Part shown: in pieces, positions 24,319 to 30,000 of the stretch
How positions within the stretch are numbered: position 1 is the stretch's first letter
Layout of the letters: the number at the start of each line of letters is the position of its first letter
NCBI RefSeq assembly: GCF_012910955.1
Contig: NZ_WTVQ01000010.1
Location: 24,349-54,348 of the forward strand
Direction of reading: 5' to 3'
Length of the DNA: 30,000 bases
Source: Aromatoleum diolicum
GTDB lineage: Bacteria > Pseudomonadota > Gammaproteobacteria > Burkholderiales > Rhodocyclaceae
Notes under the pieces: generated by a model
What the model was told of the DNA's origin: nothing
Database searches by the model: none
Seen by the model: the letters and a program-made list of their open reading frames with translations, nothing else
Translations under genes and position numbers: made by a program

Positions 24319-25167
24319 TCAGGTGTTGCCGGCGGCCACCCTGGCGGCGAGCCACTGCACCGACGCCTGCGCGCGGGCCATCACGAGCGGCAACTGGCTG
24401 TGCTGGTTGTCGTCGCTGAACACATCGAGCGTGTAGTCGCCGCGGTAACCATTGCTTTCGAGCTGCGTCAGCAACTCGGTGATCAGCTGGCCGTGCGCGC
24501 CCTCGCCGGGAAATACCCGTTCGTGGCGCGAGACTTCGACGAACTCCTCGATCTCGGAAATGAAATCGAACTTGTAGTCGGAAAACTGCACGAGGAAGAT
24601 CCGGTCCGCCGGAATGTCCTTCAAGGTATCCGCTGCGGTCTGGCGCATCAGGATCTGGAAGGAATCGATCACCAGCCCGACGTTGCGACGGTTCGCCAGC
24701 TCGACGACGCGCCACGCGTCGGTGTACTCGCTGACCCAGCGTCCCCACGCCAGCGCCTCGTAGCCGATGCGGATGCCGAAGGGAGTCGCCAGCGTGCCGA
24801 GCACCGAAAGATTGCGTGCCAGCAGCACCGGATCGGCAACCGCCGTCGGCGAAGTCGAGGACGACACGATCAGCAGCCGGCAGCCGACCGAGGCCGCCAG
24901 TTCGAGAATCGACTTCGCGGCGTCGAGGCGGTATTCGAACTCCCGCTCCGTATTGCTGCCCATCTCGCGCAACACCTGGAAGGCGCTGACCTTCAGGCTG
25001 CTCTCGCGCACCCGCCGCGCCGCCACCGTCGCCCCTTCGGGATGCGCCAGCAGATCCTTCGCGCTCAGCTCGACCGCCCCGAACCCCGCGGCCAGCGCGG
25101 CGTCGATCTTCTCCTGCAGCGTTCCCGGCAGGGTCGCGCTATTGATCCCGATTCTACGAATATCCAT
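24319..25167 (-). CDS. QsuB/QuiC/Qa-4-type dehydratase domain protein (3-dehydroshikimate-dehydratase-like, xylose-isomerase-like TIM barrel), copy 2
   Basis: 282 aa. INSATLPGTLQEKIDAALAAGFGAVEL, IRIGYEALAWGRWV, DSFQIL, IPADRIFLVQFSD, SRHERVFPGEG and TLDVFSDD mirror the N-terminal DSD domain of QsuB-type enzymes as I recall them. Confidence 0.85.
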   Translation of the reverse strand: MDIRRIGINSATLPGTLQEKIDAALAAGFGAVELSAKDLLAHPEGATVAARRVRESSLKVSAFQVLREMGSNTEREFEYRLDAAKSILELAASVGCRLLIVSSSTSPTAVADPVLLARNLSVLGTLATPFGIRIGYEALAWGRWVSEYTDAWRVVELANRRNVGLVIDSFQILMRQTAADTLKDIPADRIFLVQFSDYKFDFISEIEEFVEVSRHERVFPGEGAHGQLITELLTQLESNGYRGDYTLDVFSDDNQHSQLPLVMARAQASVQWLAARVAAGNT

Positions 25168-25215
25168 ATCGCTGTCTGCGCTACCGCTGGGGAGTGGAGA
25201 GGAGGGTCTCGCGCT

Positions 25216-26106
25216 TCAGGCTGCGGCCGGACGCTGCACGACCTCGAAATAGAACGGCTCGACGACCGGCGCGGTAACCAGGCGCGTGACGCCCGGCCGG
25301 TCCGCATCGGCCTCGGGGTCGCGAGCCAGCGGGATCCCGTTCGCGCGGAAGGCCGCGGCGACGTCCGCCAGCGCGTCAGTCTCGATGCCGATGTCGGCAA
25401 TCCCCTCGGCATTCACGGGCTCGCTTGCCGCGGCACCCGGCGTCGCATCGGCCTCGGGCCGGATGACGATGCGGATCTTGCCGCAGGGGCTCTCCATCCA
25501 GATGCAGCCGCCCGCCGTGGTCTGTGTCGTGCGGAAACCGAAAACCTGCTGGTGGAACTCGATCCACTCCTGCTCGCGGCCGGCGCAGACGGTCAGCGTG
25601 ATGTGTTCGACACGCGTGAGCCCGAGCGGCTTCACCGGCGGCGACATCTGCGGCAAGGGCAGGAAATCGACGTCGTAGATCGTGTGGTCGCCATAGCGAT
25701 CGACAAAGTAGATGTGCGTCCCGCCGACGCTGATGATGGCCGGAATGTTCAGCTCCATCGCGCCCGCGTGCGGTGGAACGTCCCAGGCGCCGCTCGCCAA
25801 CGCCCGCTTGTACGCCGACGCGACGTTCTTCACGCGCACCGCGATCGCGCAGATGCCCGGCCCGTAGCTGCGGTTGAACGTCTGCGCGAAGCTCTCTTCG
25901 TCCGCATTGATCAGGAAATTGATGTCGCCCTGCCGGAACAGCACCACGTTTTTCGATCTGTGTTTCGCAACGGCCGAGAATCCCATCTGCTCGAAATGTG
26001 CTCCCAGCGCAACGGCATCGGGGGCGGCAAATTCGACGAACTCCAGGCCATCCAGCCCCAGAACATTTTCTGGTGCTTCAGAGGTCGAAAAAAACGGGTC
26101 TTGCAT
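25216..26106 (-). CDS. 4-hydroxyphenylpyruvate-dioxygenase-like (VOC superfamily) protein, truncated type
   Basis: 296 aa. The N-terminal half is strongly HPPD-like (GLDGLEFVEFAAPD...GFSAVAKHRSKNVVLFRQGDINFLINAD...MELNIPAI). It ends at YFEVVQRPAAA and so lacks the HPPD C-terminal helix. AGGAG lies 8 nt upstream. Confidence 0.85.
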   Translation of the reverse strand: MQDPFFSTSEAPENVLGLDGLEFVEFAAPDAVALGAHFEQMGFSAVAKHRSKNVVLFRQGDINFLINADEESFAQTFNRSYGPGICAIAVRVKNVASAYKRALASGAWDVPPHAGAMELNIPAIISVGGTHIYFVDRYGDHTIYDVDFLPLPQMSPPVKPLGLTRVEHITLTVCAGREQEWIEFHQQVFGFRTTQTTAGGCIWMESPCGKIRIVIRPEADATPGAAASEPVNAEGIADIGIETDALADVAAAFRANGIPLARDPEADADRPGVTRLVTAPVVEPFYFEVVQRPAAA

Positions 26107-26302
26107 CCTTTGGCTCCTAACTGCCGCAAGGCATCAGACATATGAGGTTTCACAACGCGGCGATGCCGCCACCGCCCTTTTATCATATGCCCGGCAGCAG
26201 ACCCAACACCTTTCTTCGGCCTGCTGTGGCGACAATGAGAAAATGCCGCCGCACACCGCAGCGAAAGCCTTGGCGTGGGGCGGCATGGTCAAGCCGGTCC
26301 GC

Positions 26303-26326
26303 AAAAGCGCCGCTCGCGCGAGCGCT
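26303..26326 (-). terminator. weak terminator/attenuator-like hairpin after the aldehyde dehydrogenase gene
   Basis: Minus strand reads AGCGCTCGCGCGAGCGGCGCTTTTG. It contains the 14-nt palindrome CGCTCGCGCGAGCG and a T4 run. Confidence 0.3.
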
Positions 26327-26346
26327 CCCGGGTCGCGACCCTGGCT

Positions 26347-27837
26347 TCAGCGACGGATGAACGGGTTCGGCACGTCGAGGTCGGTCGAGATCCACACGCA
26401 CTTGGTTTCGAGGTACTCGCGGATTGCGTCGGCCCCCGACTCGCGGCCGATGCCCGAGCGCTTGTAGCCGCCGAACGGAGCGGTGTAGCTCGTCGCGCGG
26501 TAGTTGTTCACCCACACGGTGCCGGCCTTGAGCTTGTCGGTGACGTACATCGCGCGGTGCAGGCTCTTGGTCCACACGGCGCCGGCGAGGCCGTACAGCA
26601 CGTCGTTGCCGATGCGCACGGCGTCTTCCTCGTCCTTGAACGGGATCACGCACAAGACCGGGCCGAACACCTCTTCCTGGGCGATGCGCATCTTGTTGTT
26701 CACGCCGGTGAAGATCGTCGGCTCGACGAACTGGCCGGCGCCGAGGTCGGGGCGCGAGCGGCCACCCAGCACACACTTCGCGCCTTCGCCCTTGGCGATC
26801 TCGATGTAGCTCATGATCTTCTCGAACTGCGGACGCGTCGCGATCGGGCCGACCTGGGTGTCGAGCTGCGAGGGGTCGCCGATCTTGGCGGTGCTGACGA
26901 ATTCGACCAGACGGCGTACGACTTCATCGTGAATGCTTTCCTGCACCAGCAGGCGCGAACCGGCCTGGCAGGTCTGGCCCGAAGCCGCGAACACGCCGGA
27001 CACGATGCCCTTCACGGCCTGATCCAGATCCGCGTCGTCGAACACGATGTTGGGCGACTTGCCGCCCAGTTCCAGCGTCACGGTCTTCAGGCCGCGCGCG
27101 GCCGCTTCGTAGATCTTCTGGCCGGCAATCTCGCCCCCGGTGAAGCCGATGTGCGCGGTGTCGGGATGCTCGACCAGCGGCGCGCCGACTTCATGACCGA
27201 AACCGGTGACGACGTTCACCACCCCCGGCGGGAAGCCGGCTTCGGCGAACAGCTTGGCGAGCTCGATCGCCGAAGCGGAGGTGAATTCGGACGGCTTGAT
27301 CACGATCGTGCAGCCCGCGGCCAGCGCCGGCGCAAGCTTCCAGCTGGTCAGCGTGAGCGGCGAATTCCACGGCGTGATGATCACGACGACGCCCTTGGCC
27401 TCGTACTTCGTGTAGCAGAAGACGCCCTTCTTGTCGGTCGGGATGACGTGGCTTTCGATCTTGTCGGCCAGGCCGGCGTAGTAATGGAAGTACTCGCCCA
27501 GGTACTTGACCTGCGCGACGACCTCCGCAGCCAGCTTGCCGTTGTCGCGGCGCTCGATCTCGGCCAGGTGCTCGGCGTTGGCGACGATCAGGTCGGCGAC
27601 CTTGCGCATCAGTTTGCCGCGCTGGCTTGCGGTCAGCGACGGCCATTCGCCTTCCTCGAAGGCCCGGTGCGCGGCCGCAACGGCCGCATCGACGTCGGCC
27701 TTGTTGCCACGGGCGATCTCGGCCCAAGCTTCGCCGGTATAGGGGTTTTCGGTCGGAAAGTACTCGCCCGAAGCCGGGGGGACGATCTTGCCGTCGATGT
27801 AGTTGCCGTACTTGGGGAGTGCCTTTGCGTTTTCCAT
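26347..27837 (-). CDS. NAD(P)-dependent aldehyde dehydrogenase
   Basis: 496 aa. Catalytic Glu (LELGGKSP) and Cys (GQTCQAGSR) motifs, plus FTGGEIAG and EEVFGPV. GGAGA lies 5 nt upstream. Confidence 0.9.
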   Translation of the reverse strand: MENAKALPKYGNYIDGKIVPPASGEYFPTENPYTGEAWAEIARGNKADVDAAVAAAHRAFEEGEWPSLTASQRGKLMRKVADLIVANAEHLAEIERRDNGKLAAEVVAQVKYLGEYFHYYAGLADKIESHVIPTDKKGVFCYTKYEAKGVVVIITPWNSPLTLTSWKLAPALAAGCTIVIKPSEFTSASAIELAKLFAEAGFPPGVVNVVTGFGHEVGAPLVEHPDTAHIGFTGGEIAGQKIYEAAARGLKTVTLELGGKSPNIVFDDADLDQAVKGIVSGVFAASGQTCQAGSRLLVQESIHDEVVRRLVEFVSTAKIGDPSQLDTQVGPIATRPQFEKIMSYIEIAKGEGAKCVLGGRSRPDLGAGQFVEPTIFTGVNNKMRIAQEEVFGPVLCVIPFKDEEDAVRIGNDVLYGLAGAVWTKSLHRAMYVTDKLKAGTVWVNNYRATSYTAPFGGYKRSGIGRESGADAIREYLETKCVWISTDLDVPNPFIRR

Positions 27838-27919
27838 GTATGTCTCCAGTCATGAACACGAGTCAGTGCTCTGCCTGTCGCAATCACATTCCACCAAACG
27901 GTCAGAAGCCCGGGTTGTG

Positions 27920-27948
27920 TTGCGCTGATCAGAACTGTGTTCTAGTAT
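27920..27948 (+). promoter_or_regulatory. predicted sigma70-type promoter P3 with embedded perfect operator
   Basis: TTGCGC (27920-25), then a 17-nt spacer tgatcAGAACTGTGTTC, then TAGTAT (27943-48). The operator AGAAC-TGT-GTTCT occupies 27931-27943. It points toward iclR-2. Confidence 0.45.
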
Positions 27949-28095
27949 GGGACATGACGGCGCACGATTCAAGCAACTTTTTCAGCGACGCTTGAGATTG
28001 CCGATTCGGTAAGCCCCGGTTACGGCAGAGATACTGCCGCGCCCCGCACGCGATAGAGGTTCACCTGAAAAGGCGGCTATCATGTTCGGAAATCG

Positions 28096-28108
28096 AGAAC
28101 CCGGTTCC
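28096..28108. promoter_or_regulatory. palindrome AGAAC-CCG-GTTCC, candidate IclR operator
   Basis: Read directly. Its centre is 26 bp upstream of the iclR-2 ATG (28128), immediately 5' of the SD GGAG. This mirrors the site in front of iclR-1. Confidence 0.5.
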
Positions 28109-28127
28109 ATTTTTCTGGAGAAGTGAA

Positions 28128-28850
28128 ATGAGCAGCGAAGGCGTCGCATCCGTAGAACGCGCCCTGACCATCCTCGACGTGTTCACCGACCGCGATAGAA
28201 GTCTGACCCTCACCGAGATTTCCAAGCGTGCCGGCTTCTACAAGAGCACGACGCTGCGCCTGGCCGAATCGCTGGAGAAGTTCGGCTACCTGCGCCGGCT
28301 CGAGGACGGCGCCTATCGTCTCGGCCCCAAGCCCTTGTTCCTCGGTGCGCTGTACCAGAAGCATTTCAGCACCGCCGACTTCGTGCCGCAGTTGATGCGC
28401 CGGATGTCGGAAGAGCTGCGTGAAGGCATCTCCTTCTTTGTACGCGACGAAGACCGCCGCGTCTGCCTGCACCGCGTCGAATCACCGCGCGCGATCCGCG
28501 ACGCGATCCACGAGGGTGACGCGTTTCCGCTCAACAACGGCGCTTCGGGCCACGTGCTGCTCGCGTTCAGCGGCCTGTCCGGCGGCAAATACGACCAGAT
28601 TCGCGAACGTTACTACGCGATGTCGGTCGGCGAGCGGGATCCCGAAACCACCGCGGTCGCGGCGCCGGTGTTCGCCGTGCAGCAGCGGCTGGTCGGGGCG
28701 CTGTCCGTGTCCGGGCCGAAATACCGTCTCGACGAGAAGGCGCTCGAGGACATCGTGCCGACGCTGCAGAAATACGCCGCGGAACTCACTCACCTGTTCG
28801 GCGGCGCCTGGCCCGACCTCGGCCAGGCATCCAAGCGTTCGCACGGCTGA
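28128..28850 (+). CDS. IclR family transcriptional regulator (copy 2)
   Basis: 240 aa. wHTH LTLTEISKRAGFYKSTTLRLAESLEKFGYL and an IclR effector domain (GALSVSGP). Confidence 0.9.
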   Translation: MSSEGVASVERALTILDVFTDRDRSLTLTEISKRAGFYKSTTLRLAESLEKFGYLRRLEDGAYRLGPKPLFLGALYQKHFSTADFVPQLMRRMSEELREGISFFVRDEDRRVCLHRVESPRAIRDAIHEGDAFPLNNGASGHVLLAFSGLSGGKYDQIRERYYAMSVGERDPETTAVAAPVFAVQQRLVGALSVSGPKYRLDEKALEDIVPTLQKYAAELTHLFGGAWPDLGQASKRSHG

Positions 28851-28857
28851 GCGCGGC

Positions 28858-28888
28858 GGTTCAGGCCGACGACTGTTCGGCCTGAACC
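28858..28888. other. 12-bp-stem hairpin GGTTCAGGCCGA-cgactgt-TCGGCCTGAACC spanning the convergent gene ends
   Basis: Read directly. It covers the lysR-type stop codon (28861-63) and the last codons. No U-tract. Confidence 0.4.
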
Positions 28889-29754
28889 AGCAGCTGTCTG
28901 ACGACCGGGTGCTCGACCTTGCGCTGCGCCGAGATCGCGTAGAAATGCTCCACCACCTCCGGGCAGCGACCCAGTAGCGAGAGTCCGCGCACGCGCGTCA
29001 GTTCGTCGAACGACCACTCGGTCGCCGGGAAAGCGCCGAAGCCGCTTTCGCCGAAGGTCGCCAGCAAGGCACTGTCCTCGAACTCGCCGACCACCTTCGG
29101 CCGTATGCCGTTGCGTGCCAGCCAGTCGTCGAGACGGCTGCGCACCGCGGAGTCGGTCGTCGGCATCAACAGGGGCAGCTCCGCGAGGCAGGCCGGAAAT
29201 TTCCCCTTCACCCCCTCCAGCAGCGCTGCCGGTGCGTACCAGGCGACCGACGCCTTGCCCATGCGGTGGCTGAACACGCGCAGGTTCGGATTGGCCGGCG
29301 CCGGCCGGTCGGCCAGCACGACATCGAGGCGGTGCAGGGCAAGCTCGGCGAGCAGATCGCCGAAGTCGCCCTCGTGGCACAGCAGGCGCAGGTCCGGGGT
29401 CTGTGCCGCCGGCTGCAGCAGGTGGCGCACCGCCAGCTTCGGCAGCGCATCGGAAATCCCCACCGCGAGCCGCACCCCCTGGGCGTTGGCGGCCTCCCGC
29501 ACGGCAGCCGGCAGCGCCTCCCCCAGCTGGAAGATCTGCTCGGCGAAGCGCGCGGCCGTGGCCCCCGCCTCGGTGAGTTCGATGCTGCGCCCGGCCGAGC
29601 GGAACAGCGTGTAGCCAAGCGCGCGTTCGAGCTCGTGCACCTGCGTACTGACGGTCTGCACCGCCATGTCGAGCCGCTCCGCCGCCCTCGCGATGCCGCC
29701 TTCCTTGGCCGCGACCCAGAAGTAGTAGAGATGGCGATAATTGAGCGGCTGCAT
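28861..29754 (-). CDS. LysR family transcriptional regulator (NhaR-like subgroup)
   Basis: 297 aa. MQPLNYRHLYYFWVAAKEGGIARAAERLDMAVQTVSTQVHELE resembles the NhaR-type N-terminus (NYxHLYYFW). Confidence 0.9.
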   Translation of the reverse strand: MQPLNYRHLYYFWVAAKEGGIARAAERLDMAVQTVSTQVHELERALGYTLFRSAGRSIELTEAGATAARFAEQIFQLGEALPAAVREAANAQGVRLAVGISDALPKLAVRHLLQPAAQTPDLRLLCHEGDFGDLLAELALHRLDVVLADRPAPANPNLRVFSHRMGKASVAWYAPAALLEGVKGKFPACLAELPLLMPTTDSAVRSRLDDWLARNGIRPKVVGEFEDSALLATFGESGFGAFPATEWSFDELTRVRGLSLLGRCPEVVEHFYAISAQRKVEHPVVRQLLVQAEQSSA

Positions 29755-29807
29755 GAGGTGTTCCGTTTTTACGAACTAAACATACTTAAAACTCATCTTA
29801 CTTAGAA

Positions 29808-29819
29808 GTCAAGCTTGAC
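29808..29819. promoter_or_regulatory. 12-bp perfect palindrome GTCAAGCTTGAC in the lysR / tim44-like divergent region
   Basis: Read directly. A second inverted repeat, CGTTC-taaatc-GAACG, lies at 29835-29850. Confidence 0.3.
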
Positions 29820-29887
29820 CTATCCTCGGCGAGCCGTTCTAAATCGAACGATGTTTGCTAAATCAACGCACAGGAGACTCTCCCACC

Positions 29888-30000
29888 ATGAAACGCATCT
29901 TGTTGAGCCTGTTCGCGCTCGTACTGAGCGTCGGGCTGACCGTCACGGACGCCGAAGCGAAGCGCCTCGGCGGCAGCAAATCCATCGGCATGCAGCGCGA
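29888..30000 (+). CDS. Tim44-like domain protein, N-terminal fragment (signal peptide; gene runs off the right edge)
   Basis: MKRILLSLFALVLSVGLTVTDAEAKRLGGSKSIGMQR is the N-terminus pattern (signal peptide followed by KRLGGGxSxGxQR) I associate with bacterial Tim44-like proteins. AGGAGA lies upstream. Confidence 0.6.
   Translation, partial: MKRILLSLFALVLSVGLTVTDAEAKRLGGSKSIGMQR

Noticed and set aside
23965-26145. 726-aa plus-strand ORF
   Set aside because: It lies antisense to the TIM-barrel-2 and HPPD-like genes and runs straight through an intergenic promoter and terminator region. Its composition is Arg-rich junk.
26275-27855. 526-aa plus-strand ORF. Similar cases: 22785..24026(+), 1894..3249(-), 13978..15153(-), 16405..17283(-), 17339..18211(-)
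   Set aside because: All are antisense or out-of-frame shadows of genes with strong family evidence (ALDH, CaiB-type, DUF445, TIM barrel 1, AEC, TauE).
1-30000. Search for CRISPR arrays, tRNA/rRNA genes, IS elements, integrases, toxin-antitoxin pairs or defence-system genes
   Set aside because: I found no regularly spaced repeats, no tRNA-like cloverleaf candidates, and no transposase, integrase or nuclease-type ORFs in any frame. The window appears to be metabolic and regulatory only.

Overview
High-GC (about 65%) bacterial chromosomal segment. Its protein flavour looks betaproteobacterial (Rhodocyclales-like), but that is an impression only and cannot be verified here. I support 30 protein-coding genes, 2 of them truncated by the window edges. 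I recognise no rRNA, tRNA, CRISPR array, transposase or integrase. The six-frame track is full of long antisense shadow ORFs typical of high-GC DNA, and I rejected these. Left third (1-8.4 kb): miscellaneous genes, namely a lipoprotein, a DUF445/YjiN-like membrane protein, an MDR oxidoreductase, a fructosamine-kinase-family protein, a small membrane protein, HflX and an EamA transporter. Centre and right (8.5-28.9 kb): an IclR-controlled catabolic island. It has three parts. (i) An iclR / acyl-CoA dehydrogenase / YdiF-type CoA-transferase / etfBA operon. (ii) A TIM-barrel enzyme gene followed by a transporter block: split chrA pair, AEC permease, TauE/SafE permease. (iii) Two minus-strand operons. 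One encodes a family III CoA-transferase, a citryl-CoA-lyase-like protein, a ThDP enzyme, a divergent shikimate-dehydrogenase-family protein and a type I dehydroquinase. The other encodes an aldehyde dehydrogenase, a free-standing HPPD-like protein and a QsuB/QuiC-type TIM-barrel dehydratase. A second iclR sits next to them. Main hunt result: operon set (iii) looks like a hydroaromatic (quinate/shikimate-type) pathway with no ring-cleaving dioxygenase. Its full enzyme set fits an O2-independent, non-aromatising route through a vicinal diketone and homocitrate to acetyl-CoA plus 2-oxoglutarate. This is a hypothesis and is not demonstrated. Three promoters in the island share an almost identical -35 / operator / -10 cassette. 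Both iclR genes carry a GAAC-N3-GTTC palindrome 26-27 bp upstream of their start codons.
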